A stretch of DNA of 32,000 nt from Propionibacterium ruminifibrarum. Its GTDB lineage: Bacteria > Actinomycetota > Actinomycetes > Propionibacteriales > Propionibacteriaceae. The notes under the pieces were generated by a model that worked only from the letters and a program-made list of their open reading frames with translations, did no database searches and was not told the DNA's origin. Shown piece after piece: positions 16,428-26,225 of the stretch. Positions within the stretch are counted from its first letter, which is position 1. Every line of letters starts with the position of its first letter. The position numbers and the translations under genes are program-made. The stretch lies in the NCBI RefSeq assembly GCF_900289195.1, contig NZ_OMOH01000008.1, positions 78,884-110,883 on the forward strand, in the 5' to 3' direction.

Positions 16428-16527
16428 ACGCGAAGTTTATTCAGCCCGTGCCGGCCCGGTCAGGGCGAGCGTGCCGATGTGGATCATCGGCCCTCGGCGG
16501 CGCCCGGCGCGGGCCGTCCTCACCAGG

Positions 16528-18255
16528 TCACGTGGTGGCCGTGATCTCGGCGATCCCGCCCTGCCAGCCGCCATCGACCTCCGGCAGGCTCGTGAGGTAG
16601 ACGAGGACGTAGCGCGTGTCCAGACCGCCGTCGAAGACGATGTCGGCCTGCGTGCCCGCCTCGTAGTCGGCGGCGACCGTCGTCCAGTCGTTGATCGTCT
16701 CCCGCGAGGCATTGTCGGGGTCCCTGGGAACCATGACCTGCACGCCGGTGGGTTCACCGACGAATGTGACGCCCAGCGAGGTCAAGCTGGTCGTCTCCCC
16801 CAGGTCGAGGAGCAGACCCGTCCCCGGCTTGAGGCCGCTGAACGCCGCTGAACCGGTGTACAGATCGGTGAGCCAGGCGGTACCGGTGTCCGAGTCCGTC
16901 ACCAGGGCCGCCTCGTCGGCGTGCTCGGCGCCTTCACCGCCGTCTGCCGTCGGGTCGAACGAGGTGGCCGTGAAGGACGCGGTGGCCGGCGCTCCCGGGG
17001 CCCGCTCGGCCGACGCGTCGGCGCTCCCGCGCCCCCTGGTGTCGGCGGTCAGGGACGAATGGATCACGCCGGACAGCGCGATGACGAGCATGACCGTGAC
17101 GAACAACGGCGCCAGCCAGCGCAGCAGGCGGTACAGGCGGGTGCTGGACCAGGAGTTCGCACGTTCCTGCGCCCTCGCCTCAGCAGCGGCCCGGTGCTTC
17201 ATCTCGTCGCTGATGCGGGCAGCCGTCTCCGCGCGTTCGGCCAGCAGGGCCTCACGCTGCTCGGCCGCCTCACGTGTGATGCGCTGCACCTCGGCCTGTT
17301 CGACGAGGGCGTCACTGACGAGCGGTTCCTGCAGGGGTTCGGCCAGGGCGTGGACGCGCGGCGTCATGCCGGTGCCGGTCACCCCTGCACGCCCGGCGAG
17401 GGCTCGCATGCGCTGCTCCAGGTCGCCGTCGGGGTCGGCGGCGCCGATGGCGCGATTCATGGCGCGCACGATCTGATCGACACTGCGGATCTGGTTGGTT
17501 CCGGCGCGCGGGGTCAGGATCGAGACGCACACGGCGTCGAGGGAGGACGGCACCTTCGCATTGACGGTGGCCGGCGGCACCCAGCGGGGCGTGTTCGAGA
17601 CCTCGGGCGAGGTCATCGGCGCGGCGACGAGGCCGAACTCCTTGGTCTGGGGGCGCCCTGCCGGCACCGGCCAGCGCTGCGTCAGGCAGGCGTACAGGAT
17701 CTTTCCGAGAGCGCGGACGTCCTCGGCCTCCTGCAGCGCAGGCTCCCTGGAGGGCCCCTCGTCCTCGCCCGACAGGGCGGCGTCGATGAGGAAGCCCACG
17801 ACCTTCACATTGCCGTTGGGCGTGATGATGACGCTCTCGGGGGTCAGCCTGCGATGGAAGATGCCGCGGGTGTGCATGGGGGAGAGGGCATCGGCGATCT
17901 CGCGGACGATGAACGCCGACTCGACCCCGCTGAGCGGTCCGTAGGAGAGCAGCTCGCGCAGTCGCATGCCGGGGCTGTCCTCGCAGACGATGAAGGGCAC
18001 GGGCTCGTCCAGGGCGTCGAGGACGCGCAGGAAACGGGAGTCGGTGGCCACGGATGCGCGGCGGGCCGCCGAGAGCACCCCGGGGGTCGTGGCGGCCTCC
18101 GGGTCGAGGACGTGAACGATCACCGCGCGGGAGAGCATCTCGTCGAGACCGCGCCACGTCGTGGCGAAGCCGACGGCGTCCAGCCTCTCGTCCAGGCGGT
18201 AGCGCTCGGCGAGCACGTCGCCCCTGGCGGGCCTGGGCCCCTGCGCTTGCTCCAT
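16528..18255 (-). CDS. Membrane-anchored pseudokinase with an extracellular beta-rich (carbohydrate-binding-like) domain, MviN C-terminal-module type
   Basis: The fold is kinase-like but the catalytic motifs are degenerate: VAIK is VIVH, HRDLKPxN is HRRLTPES, and DFG is GFL. A charged linker, one TM segment (LAPLFVTVMLVIALSGVI) and a C-terminal domain of about 150 aa follow. GAGGGA RBS lies upstream. Confidence 0.8.
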   Translation of the reverse strand: MEQAQGPRPARGDVLAERYRLDERLDAVGFATTWRGLDEMLSRAVIVHVLDPEAATTPGVLSAARRASVATDSRFLRVLDALDEPVPFIVCEDSPGMRLRELLSYGPLSGVESAFIVREIADALSPMHTRGIFHRRLTPESVIITPNGNVKVVGFLIDAALSGEDEGPSREPALQEAEDVRALGKILYACLTQRWPVPAGRPQTKEFGLVAAPMTSPEVSNTPRWVPPATVNAKVPSSLDAVCVSILTPRAGTNQIRSVDQIVRAMNRAIGAADPDGDLEQRMRALAGRAGVTGTGMTPRVHALAEPLQEPLVSDALVEQAEVQRITREAAEQREALLAERAETAARISDEMKHRAAAEARAQERANSWSSTRLYRLLRWLAPLFVTVMLVIALSGVIHSSLTADTRGRGSADASAERAPGAPATASFTATSFDPTADGGEGAEHADEAALVTDSDTGTAWLTDLYTGSAAFSGLKPGTGLLLDLGETTSLTSLGVTFVGEPTGVQVMVPRDPDNASRETINDWTTVAADYEAGTQADIVFDGGLDTRYVLVYLTSLPEVDGGWQGGIAEITATT

Positions 18256-18341
18256 GTCATCCCTCGCTGCCCGGTCGGCTGGACAAGGTCAAGTGTGCCC
18301 TGTGAGGGGCCGCGACCCCGATCGGCCCGCCGGGGTGGGGG

Positions 18342-20366
18342 TCAAGTTTCACCGTCCGTGGCGTCCTCGTCCGGTGTGGGCGTCCGTTCGCGGCGCACCT
18401 GTCTGACCCGCAGGGCCGTCGCGGCCATCAGGACGATGCCCGAGGCGATGATGATCACCCAGGCGACGCGTCCCGAACTGTTCGCCGAGACGACGAACTC
18501 GCTGCGCGGGCCGAGTTCGGTGGACCGTTCACCGGTCGTCATGACGACGGCACTCATCTGCACGTTGCCGTTGCTCGTCGCGGTCGGGTTGATCCGCACG
18601 GTGACCGACTCACCGGCGCCGATCTCGAGTTCCTCGGTGTCGGCTATCGAGATGCGTCCAGGGTTCTCGGACTCGAAATGGATACGCACCCTGACGGGCA
18701 CGCTCATGGTGTTGGTGACGGATACGGGCAGTGAACTGTCGTCGTCGGGGATGACGAGGCGCTCACTGATGTGGACGCTCACCTGCCCGGAGGCAAGCGC
18801 GGAGCTGATCGGGGACAGGGCCGTCCGGACGTACTCGTCCGCTGCGGCGTCGCTGCTGAAGGCCGAGCTCCACGCGGCCAGCACCAGTTTCTCGTCGTCG
18901 ACGCCGGCGCCGTGGCCGGTCAGTTCCTCGTAGACGCCGATGTCGCCGCGGACGGTGTGCTCGACCCCGCCGCGGTTGGCCGACGCGCTCGGCAGGGACT
19001 GCCTGGTCTGGGCGGTGACCGCCTGCTGCGAGGCCACGAGTTCCTTGATGGGCAGGCGGGTCCGGCCGCTGGCCGAGGCGAGCTCGGCGCGGGCGGCATC
19101 ACTGGTGGTCACGACGTCGACCGCCGGTGAGCCCGACTTCGAGTAGACGAGCTGTTCGGCCTGCAGGCGGGCGGCGCGCTGGGCGTCGGAGTTCGAGGCG
19201 GCGCCAGGAATACCGGTGGCGATGGACGCGTGAGTGGCGAGCATCGTCAGGTCGTCCACCTGGTAGAGCTCACCGTCGGGGTCGAGGTCCGAGGCGAGAA
19301 CGATCTGCGGGTCGGCACGTTCAAGCGTCTCGACCATCGCCTGCGAGGTGGAGGAACTGTCCGTGACGATGGCCAGGTCCAGACCCGCCAGGGGGCCATC
19401 GGTTGCGGGTTTCGCCGCCGCGGATTCGACGAGCTCGCCGCGGCCGGCCGACACGGCGGCCGTGACGTCGAGACAGCCGTACAGGGTGCGGTAGCTGCGC
19501 CCATTGGCGGCGATGCGTTTCAGCCGGTCGAGGAACGAGGCGGCCTCGGACTGACCGGTGCCGGTGGTGGTCGTTTCGGGGTCGCTGCGCACCCGGTACC
19601 CGGACGCCATGGCCGTCAGCTCGTCCCACAGGAGCGGGTCGATGAGGCTGGTAACGTCATCGGTTTCGGCCAGGTCCGCGATGAGGTCGAGCCGGCCGCC
19701 CTCGGCGATCTCGTCGGCAAGGTGGTCGTCGGTGAACACGGCCCCGTCGGATGCGGTGCCGGTCGTGGCGGGTACGAGGGAGGGGGCGCTGGACAGTTCG
19801 GCGACCGTCGTCGCCTGGTAATCGCCGCTGCCCGGGTAGCCGATGACGGCGCTCGTGAAGGTGATGAGGCCACCGTCGTCGTCGACCAGCATCACGCCGA
19901 ACAGGTAGGCGCTGGAGGTGCTCGTCATGCCGAGCGACTCGGGCCCGTTGAACGGTGCCCGCAACGAGTACGACCTGGACGCCCCGGCGGCCAGGTCGGT
20001 GATCTGCGACGAGGCGTCGTCGTCCTGGACGGGCAGGGTGTTCGTCACGTCCTGGTCACCGGCCAGTGCGTTGTAGAAGGCGTCCCCGTTGGTGATGGGT
20101 GCGCGCGTGCTCCACAGCCGCAGGGTGGCTCCGGTGATCGGTGAGGAGCCCGTGTTCGTCAGCGTGCCGGTGACCGTCAGCTCGCCCGACTCCGAGACCG
20201 CCATCGGGCCGAGGCCGGTGATCGTGATGGTGGCGCTCGTCTCATCGGCCACTGCACCGGGGGCGCCGATCAGGCCCGGGACGAGGGTGAGCAGGGCCAC
20301 GAGCGCGACCAGCCAGAACGGCCGGGCGCGTCGTGTCTGCGCAGCTGCGTCTCGCGGGTCGTTCAC
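18342..20366 (-). CDS. Rv3909-like conserved actinobacterial envelope protein (DUF6049-type, name recalled from memory)
   Basis: The in-frame GTG at 20366 gives VNDPRDAAAQTRRARPFWLVALVALLTLVPG (signal/anchor). The C-terminal TM is VAWVIIIASGIVLMAATAL. It sits directly upstream of the pseudokinase, as in the mycobacterial Rv3909-Rv3910 pair. The 1107-aa track ORF is an upstream over-extension across the MFS gene. Confidence 0.65.
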   Translation of the reverse strand: MNDPRDAAAQTRRARPFWLVALVALLTLVPGLIGAPGAVADETSATITITGLGPMAVSESGELTVTGTLTNTGSSPITGATLRLWSTRAPITNGDAFYNALAGDQDVTNTLPVQDDDASSQITDLAAGASRSYSLRAPFNGPESLGMTSTSSAYLFGVMLVDDDGGLITFTSAVIGYPGSGDYQATTVAELSSAPSLVPATTGTASDGAVFTDDHLADEIAEGGRLDLIADLAETDDVTSLIDPLLWDELTAMASGYRVRSDPETTTTGTGQSEAASFLDRLKRIAANGRSYRTLYGCLDVTAAVSAGRGELVESAAAKPATDGPLAGLDLAIVTDSSSTSQAMVETLERADPQIVLASDLDPDGELYQVDDLTMLATHASIATGIPGAASNSDAQRAARLQAEQLVYSKSGSPAVDVVTTSDAARAELASASGRTRLPIKELVASQQAVTAQTRQSLPSASANRGGVEHTVRGDIGVYEELTGHGAGVDDEKLVLAAWSSAFSSDAAADEYVRTALSPISSALASGQVSVHISERLVIPDDDSSLPVSVTNTMSVPVRVRIHFESENPGRISIADTEELEIGAGESVTVRINPTATSNGNVQMSAVVMTTGERSTELGPRSEFVVSANSSGRVAWVIIIASGIVLMAATALRVRQVRRERTPTPDEDATDGET

Positions 20367-20452
20367 CCGCCCATCGTAGGTGGTGGACTTGTGAGGAGGC
20401 TTCGTGCACCACCGGCGCACGTGGGACAACACCCGTCCGGGGCGCCCAGGGG

Positions 20453-21937
20453 TCAGCGCTGCCCGGGCTTGAGGGCGCCCCGGCCGAGACTGACCCGGTC
20501 GAAGACGGCCAGGGCTGTCGAGATCGCGATGAACAGGGCGATCGCCGCGTAGGCGCTCATCAGCGCCGTCGCCCACCCGCGGGAGACCAGCGAGTAGAAG
20601 ATGGCAGTCGTGATCGCATTGCCGATGGCGGTGGCGATGCGTTCGACGGTGGACTTCACGCCGCCGGCGACGCCGCCCTCGGCCGGCGGGATCTCGACCA
20701 TCGACAGGGTCTGGTTGCAACCGGTCATGCAGCCGTTGCCGAAGCCGATGAGTGACAGCGGCAGGATGAGCCACCAGAAACTGATGTGGTGGCTGATGAC
20801 GACGTGGGCGGTGCCGGCGGTGAGGATGACACCGGCGGTCATGCAGGACAGGCCGAGAATGACGATGTTGCGGCCCTTCGCGAGCACGACGCGTCCGGTC
20901 AGAATCGACGTGGTCGCCGAGATCACCGCGTTGGGGAAACCCAGCATGCCGGTGGCGAGGGCCGATGCGCCCATACCGTTCTGGATGAACAGGGCGACCA
21001 GCACGAACACCGAGGTGCCGCCGAGGAACTGCATTCCGCTGATGGCGGTGGCGTGGGTGAACGAACGATGGCGGAAGATCGACAGGTCGACCATTGGCTG
21101 GCGTCCGCGGGCCTTGTAGGAGCGCTCCCAGCGCAGCCACGCGGCGAGCAGGACCGCCGCCAGTGCCAGCAGCCCGAACGCCGGGCCCGTTTTGAGGATG
21201 AACGGGAGCATGATGCACAGCACTGCGGCGGCCAGTAGGACGATGGCCACGGGGTCGAGGTCGAGGCGCGTGCCCATGGACCCGCCCTCGTGCCGGGTGC
21301 GACGGCGGCGGCGCTCCGTCTCGAACGGGAACCAGCGCAGGGCCAGGGCGACACCGATCAGGCCCAGCGGGAAGTTCCAGATGAACGAGGCGCGCCACCC
21401 GGTGTCGGCACCGACCATACGGATGATGAGGCCGGTGAGCAGCGGGCCTGCCGTCACCGACGCCGAGATGACCAGGCCGAAGACGCTGAATGCCTTCGCC
21501 CGGGCCTGGCCCCTGAAGTACTGCTGGATCATGCCGATCGTCTGCGGGTTGTAGACGCCGGCGCCGAACCCCTGGACGAGGCGGGCGATGTTGAGCAGCT
21601 GCGGGCTCTCCGCCAGGCCGCAGGCGAGCGAACCCAGGCTGAAGATGGTGACGCCGATGATCCACACCGTGCCGCGGCCGAGCAGGTCACCGATGCGTCC
21701 CGCGGCGACGAGAACCATGCCGAAGACGAGGGCGTAACCCGAGAGCATCCACTGCATCGAGGCGTCCGAGGCGCCGATCGCGCTCTCGATCGTCGGCAGG
21801 GCGACATTGATCGAGGAGATCGCCATGAGCGCCATGGCGAGCGGGATCATCAAGGTGAGCAGGATCTTGACGCGGTTGAAGACCCTGGGGGACTCCTTGA
21901 TGCGGATCAGATTGTTCTCAGAGCTGAGACGACTCAC
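20453..21937 (-). CDS. MFS transporter, DHA2 (EmrB/QacA-like, about 14 TMS) family
   Basis: The 494-aa hydrophobic ORF shows SSINVALPTI, GRIGDLLGRG and MVDLSIFRHRSF, which are typical of DHA2 exporters. GAAGGA RBS lies before GTG 21937. Confidence 0.85.
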   Translation of the reverse strand: MSRLSSENNLIRIKESPRVFNRVKILLTLMIPLAMALMAISSINVALPTIESAIGASDASMQWMLSGYALVFGMVLVAAGRIGDLLGRGTVWIIGVTIFSLGSLACGLAESPQLLNIARLVQGFGAGVYNPQTIGMIQQYFRGQARAKAFSVFGLVISASVTAGPLLTGLIIRMVGADTGWRASFIWNFPLGLIGVALALRWFPFETERRRRRTRHEGGSMGTRLDLDPVAIVLLAAAVLCIMLPFILKTGPAFGLLALAAVLLAAWLRWERSYKARGRQPMVDLSIFRHRSFTHATAISGMQFLGGTSVFVLVALFIQNGMGASALATGMLGFPNAVISATTSILTGRVVLAKGRNIVILGLSCMTAGVILTAGTAHVVISHHISFWWLILPLSLIGFGNGCMTGCNQTLSMVEIPPAEGGVAGGVKSTVERIATAIGNAITTAIFYSLVSRGWATALMSAYAAIALFIAISTALAVFDRVSLGRGALKPGQR

Positions 21938-22005
21938 GTGTTCCTTCGTTCAGATGATCGGGCAGACGGCTGGTGCTGCTGGGCCCGGGCCCAGACGGCA
22001 GTGTA

Positions 22006-22037
22006 AGTGCCTGCACCGCGATCACGGCGCAGGCACT
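22006..22037 (-). terminator. Stem-loop 12 nt downstream of the cca stop
   Basis: The stem-loop is AGTGCCTGC-a-CCG-cgatca-CGG-c-GCAGGCACT. There is no U-tract, so it would be an actinobacterial I-shaped type. Confidence 0.45.
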
Positions 22038-22048
22038 GCGTGATGCCA

Positions 22049-23527
22049 TCAGTGCGGTCGGGAGTCCCACCACGCCCGGAGCTCGGCGGTGGCCCGCTCT
22101 GCGCCCAGCGGCCCCTCGTCCATGCGCAGGGCGAGTAGGTGCTTGTAGGCCATGCCCACCTCCGGGCCCGGGCCGATGCCGAGGATCTCCATGATCTGGT
22201 TGCCGTCCAGGTCGGGGCGCATCGCCTCGAGCTCCTCCTGGGCGCTCAGCTCGTCGATGCGGGCCTCCAGCTCGTCATAGGCGCGGCGCAGCGCCTCGGC
22301 CTTGCGCCGGTTCCGCGTGGTGCAGTCGCTGCGGGTGAGGATGTGCAGGTGCTCGAGCTGGTCGCCGGCATCGCGCACATAGCGGCGCACCGCCGAGTCG
22401 GTCCAGGACTGCTCCCCGTAGCCGTGGAAGCGCAGGTGCAGCTCGACGAGCCGGCTGACCGCCTCGATGACGTTCTTCGGGTAGTGCAGGGCACGCAGCC
22501 GTTTGCGCGCCAGCTTGGCGCCGACGACGTCGTGGTGGTGGAAGGTGACCTTGCCACCGTCCAGGCCGCGCGTGGCGGGCTTGCCGATGTCGTGCAGCAG
22601 CGCGGCGAGCCGGATGACCAGATCGGGCTCGTGGTCGGGATTGGGCCTGCCGTTCCTGTAGTCGCGCGCCTTCTCCAGGGCGATCGCCTGGTCGAGCACG
22701 GTCAGGGAGTGCTCGTAGACGTCCTTGTGGCGGAAGTGTTCATCACGCTCCAGCCGCATCGCGGGCAGTTCGGGCAGGATGACCTCGGCGAGCCCGGAGC
22801 TGACGAGCAGGTTCAGGCCGGGCCGGGGCGTGTCGGACAGCAGCAGCTTGCTCAGCTCGTCGCGTACGCGCTCTGCCGAGACGATCGAGATGCGTTCGTG
22901 CATGTCGGTCATCGCGTTGAAGGTGGCCGGCTCGACGCTGAAACCGAGCTGGGCGGCGAAGCGGGCGGCGCGCATCATGCGCAGCGGATCGTCGCTGAAG
23001 CTGACCTGTGGTGGGCTCGGTGTGCGAAGCACCTTGCCGGCGAGGTCCTTCAGCCCGCCGTGCGGGTCGACGAACGTCCTGCCCGCGACGTCGATCGCCA
23101 TCGCGTTGACGGTGAAGTCGCGGCGCACCAGGTCGTCGGTGATGTTGTCGCCGAAGGCCACGACGGGTTTGCGGGACTCGGGCGCGTAGGCATCGGCGCG
23201 GAACGTGGTGACCTCGACGGTCCACTCGCGTCCCTGCGAGGTCATGGTGGCCCCGATGGTGCCGAACTGCTTGCCGACGGTCCAGACGGACCGGCTGACG
23301 GTGCGTAGCAGCTCCTCGCTGCGGTCGGGACCGGCCGATGTCGTGAAGTCGAGATCATGGCCCAGGCGACCGAGCAGGGCGTCGCGGACAGACCCGCCGA
23401 CCAGGTAGAGCCTCTCGCCCGCCTCGTCGAAGAGTCGCCCCAACTCGCCGATCAGCGGTGTGGCGTGCAGCAGCTCGGTGACGGCGCTGGCCTGGGCCTG
23501 CGACAGGGCGGCAGTGGGATCGGACAC
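22049..23527 (-). CDS. cca: CCA-adding tRNA nucleotidyltransferase / poly(A) polymerase family protein with HD domain
   Basis: The sequence shows LYLVGGSVRDALLG, the DLDFTT nucleotidyltransferase motif, RAARFAAQLGF, and HD-domain LHDIGKP. It is 492 aa with a GTG start. Confidence 0.9.
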   Translation of the reverse strand: MSDPTAALSQAQASAVTELLHATPLIGELGRLFDEAGERLYLVGGSVRDALLGRLGHDLDFTTSAGPDRSEELLRTVSRSVWTVGKQFGTIGATMTSQGREWTVEVTTFRADAYAPESRKPVVAFGDNITDDLVRRDFTVNAMAIDVAGRTFVDPHGGLKDLAGKVLRTPSPPQVSFSDDPLRMMRAARFAAQLGFSVEPATFNAMTDMHERISIVSAERVRDELSKLLLSDTPRPGLNLLVSSGLAEVILPELPAMRLERDEHFRHKDVYEHSLTVLDQAIALEKARDYRNGRPNPDHEPDLVIRLAALLHDIGKPATRGLDGGKVTFHHHDVVGAKLARKRLRALHYPKNVIEAVSRLVELHLRFHGYGEQSWTDSAVRRYVRDAGDQLEHLHILTRSDCTTRNRRKAEALRRAYDELEARIDELSAQEELEAMRPDLDGNQIMEILGIGPGPEVGMAYKHLLALRMDEGPLGAERATAELRAWWDSRPH

Positions 23528-23609
23528 GTCTGCTCAGTCTAGCCCGGCTCCACGATGTCGCGCGTCGAGCCGGTACCACCCGGCCGGAGGCGCGGCCCCG
23601 CTACCGGTG

Positions 23610-24935
23610 TCAGTCGACCTTCGGCAATTGGTGTGTCGTGTCGGCCGAGAGGACCTGGGCCGAGGAAGCGCCCTGCGCGGACGCATCCTCGGTGGCGTCA
23701 GAAGGCGCCTGGGCATCCGTGCCTGCTGCGCCGGGACGGCGGAACCGGCGACGGCGGCCACTGGGCTTCTTGGCGATGGCGGTGGAGTCCATGGCGATCG
23801 TCTCCTCCGCGGCCATGTTGTGGCCGGTGTCACTGGCCGACACCCACCGCACATTGCGTCCGGCCGAGTCCTCGAGCCACTCGCGGGCCGTGATCTGCTG
23901 GCCCGGCGCCGGAGTCTCCTCGGAGAGGGCCGGGGCCTTGTCGGCCGCTGCCGCCGCAGTGAGGTCGCCGGTGCTCCCCGGCTCGGCGTCCTGCCCCGTG
24001 CGGTGGTCACGGGCGGCCTTGCTGAGCGGGCGGCGTTTCTGGGCGAGCGCCGACGTGGGCTCCTCGGGCTTCCTGGACGGCACCGCGACGACGGCACGGC
24101 GCGGTGTGTGCATACCGGCACGACGCAGGGCGGTCAGGACGCGGCTGCGGATCTCGCGTTCGACACTCCACTGCCGGTCGGCCGGGCAGCTGATGAGGAT
24201 CTGATAGATCGCCGCACTCTCGTCCAGCGAGCTCAGGCCGAGTACGTTCGGGGCCTCGAGCATCTGGTTGTGCCAGTCGGGCTCGGCGTCCATGCGTGCG
24301 CACGTGCGGCGCAGCAGCTTGATGACGGCCCCCGGGTTCTCCTCGACACTGACGGGGATGTCGATGATCGACTTCGAGAAGCCCTGCGAGATGTTGCCGA
24401 CCGTCGTGATCTCCCCGTTGCGCAGGTACCAGACCTGCCCGTTGATGTCCTGCACCTCGGTGATGCGGAAGCCCACGGCCCGCACCGTGCCCTTGATGTC
24501 GTCGATCTTGACGATGTCGCCGACGCCGTACTGGTCCTCCATGATCATGCAGATGCCGTTGAAGAAGTCCTTGACCAGGCTCTGCGCGCCGAAGGCGACC
24601 GCGATGCCGACGACACCCGCCGAGGCGATGGCTGGCATCACATTGATGTTGATCGAATTGAGCACCATCAGCACGACGACGACGATGAGGATCACGTCAG
24701 TGATCGACTTCAGTACCGTGCCGAGCGTCTTGGCGCGCTGCGTGGCACGGTTCGTATTGATGCCGTCGGTCGTGATGTCGTGCCCGGCGCGCTCGGCCTG
24801 GCGCTGCCCGGCGTGCTTGATGAACTGGTTGATGAGACGGCGTACCACGAAACGCGTCACAACCGCGACAGCGATGGTGACGATGATCTCGATGAGAGTG
24901 TTCGGCCAGGCGAACTCGATGTCCATTGGCAGCAC
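23610..24935 (-). CDS. Mechanosensitive ion channel (MscS family) with a long disordered C-terminal tail
   Basis: The MscS core GAQSLVKDFFNGICMIMEDQYGVGDIVKIDDIKGTVRAVGFRITEVQDINGQVWYLRNGEI is present. The likely start is GTG 24935, 6 nt after AGGAGGA (ATG 24926 is the alternative). The track ORF up to 25382 is an over-extension. Confidence 0.88.
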   Translation of the reverse strand: MLPMDIEFAWPNTLIEIIVTIAVAVVTRFVVRRLINQFIKHAGQRQAERAGHDITTDGINTNRATQRAKTLGTVLKSITDVILIVVVVLMVLNSININVMPAIASAGVVGIAVAFGAQSLVKDFFNGICMIMEDQYGVGDIVKIDDIKGTVRAVGFRITEVQDINGQVWYLRNGEITTVGNISQGFSKSIIDIPVSVEENPGAVIKLLRRTCARMDAEPDWHNQMLEAPNVLGLSSLDESAAIYQILISCPADRQWSVEREIRSRVLTALRRAGMHTPRRAVVAVPSRKPEEPTSALAQKRRPLSKAARDHRTGQDAEPGSTGDLTAAAAADKAPALSEETPAPGQQITAREWLEDSAGRNVRWVSASDTGHNMAAEETIAMDSTAIAKKPSGRRRRFRRPGAAGTDAQAPSDATEDASAQGASSAQVLSADTTHQLPKVD

Positions 24936-25167
24936 GCATGTCCTCCTGGACTTACTCGGTGGTGCAGAGGGGGCGCTCGGCCCGCTGCCATCCATTGTGA
25001 CGCGCTCTGCCGCGAACCGGCTGTGGGGCCGGCAGGACGGGGGATGGCCCCGGGGTCGTCTGCGCCTCTGGCCAGTGGCCGGTGTCGTACCGGTGAGCAC
25101 AGTCATCACCGGATCGCAGCGTTCAGGGGGGCGGTGACGAATCACCGGCGTGCCCCGGCCGGTCCGC

Positions 25168-26166
25168 TCAGGCGACGCAGCCGCCCGCGCGTGCGCCGTT
25201 CGCCTCGATCTGGCTGAGCTCGGCATCGTCGAAGTCGAGGTGATCGAGCGCGGCCAGGTTCTCCTCGAGCTGATCGATGGTGTGGATACCCATGACGGCG
25301 GTCGACACGCGTTCGTCGTAGAGCGCCCAGGCGAGGGACATCTGGGCCACCGTCTGCCCCCGTCGGCGAGCCAGTTCCTCAAGGCTGATGATGCGCAGCA
25401 TGTTCTGGTGGGTCAGCCGGGCCCGTGGGAAGCTCTCGTTGGCGGCCGCCCTGGAGCCCTCGGGGATGGCACCCGTGCGGTAGGTGTGCGTGAGCAGCCC
25501 CTGGAAGAGCGGACTGCCAGCGGCGAAACCCATCTCGTGGTCCTCGCACTCGTCGATGACCGAGGCCTTGAACTCGCCGGACCGCGCGCCGCCCTCGGCG
25601 CGCCGGTCGAACAACGAGTACTCGTATTGCGCGATGGTCAGTGGGGTGCCTGCGGCCCGCGCCGCCTGGGCGATCCGTCTGGTCCGTTCCGCGGTGGCGC
25701 CCACGATGCCGGCATACCGCGCCCTGCCGGCCCGCACCGCAGTGTCGAGTGCCGCCGCCACCTGGGCCGGTGGTGTGTCACCGGGGCAGTGGGCGTAGAG
25801 GATGTCCACGTACGTGGTGCCGAGGCGCCCGAGCGAGGCGTCCAGGCCGGCGGCGAACGCGTTCCCGATGCCGCGCACCGTGGTGGCAATGGTCAGTTCG
25901 TCACGACGCCCGGCGAACTCGGCGGCCAGCAACGAGCCGACGAACGCCTCGGCAGCCCCTGCCGGGGGACCGTACTCGGGTGCCAGGTCGATGTGGGTGA
26001 CGCCTGCCTCGAAGGCCGTCATGACGATCTCGCGACGCTCGTCGCGTTGCGTGGTGTCACCGAAGTTCTGCCACATGCCCAGCGCCAGGACGGGCAGCCT
26101 GGGGCCGCTCCTCCCGGCGGTGCGGTACTGCATTCGTGGGCGAGCGCCGTCAGCCATGGATGTCAT
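25168..26166 (-). CDS. Aldo/keto reductase family oxidoreductase
   Basis: The AKR pattern is present (MQYRTAGRSG..LPVLALGMW, HIDLAPEYG, YVDILYAH, IDQLEENLAAL). The start could be ATG 26166 or ATG 26133. Confidence 0.85.
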   Translation of the reverse strand: MTSMADGARPRMQYRTAGRSGPRLPVLALGMWQNFGDTTQRDERREIVMTAFEAGVTHIDLAPEYGPPAGAAEAFVGSLLAAEFAGRRDELTIATTVRGIGNAFAAGLDASLGRLGTTYVDILYAHCPGDTPPAQVAAALDTAVRAGRARYAGIVGATAERTRRIAQAARAAGTPLTIAQYEYSLFDRRAEGGARSGEFKASVIDECEDHEMGFAAGSPLFQGLLTHTYRTGAIPEGSRAAANESFPRARLTHQNMLRIISLEELARRRGQTVAQMSLAWALYDERVSTAVMGIHTIDQLEENLAALDHLDFDDAELSQIEANGARAGGCVA

Positions 26167-26225
26167 TGTGGCACTGCGCCCAGTGGGCGCCGTCGGTCGC
26201 CCTGTCCACGAGAATCAACAAGTAT

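Noticed and set aside
16921-18933. 670-aa plus-strand ORF
   Set aside because: It lies antisense to the pseudokinase and DUF6049-like genes, and its Arg/Gly-rich translation has no motifs.
20367-21665. Upstream 433 codons of the 1107-aa track ORF 18342..21665
   Set aside because: This part overlaps the well-supported MFS gene in another frame and translates to Arg/Pro/His-rich nonsense. The homologous protein begins at GTG 20366 with a signal/anchor sequence.
24936-25382. N-terminal 149 codons of track ORF 23610..25382
   Set aside because: The translation is Arg/Pro-rich with no homology. A strong AGGAGGA RBS lies immediately before GTG 24935 / ATG 24926, where the MscS sequence starts.
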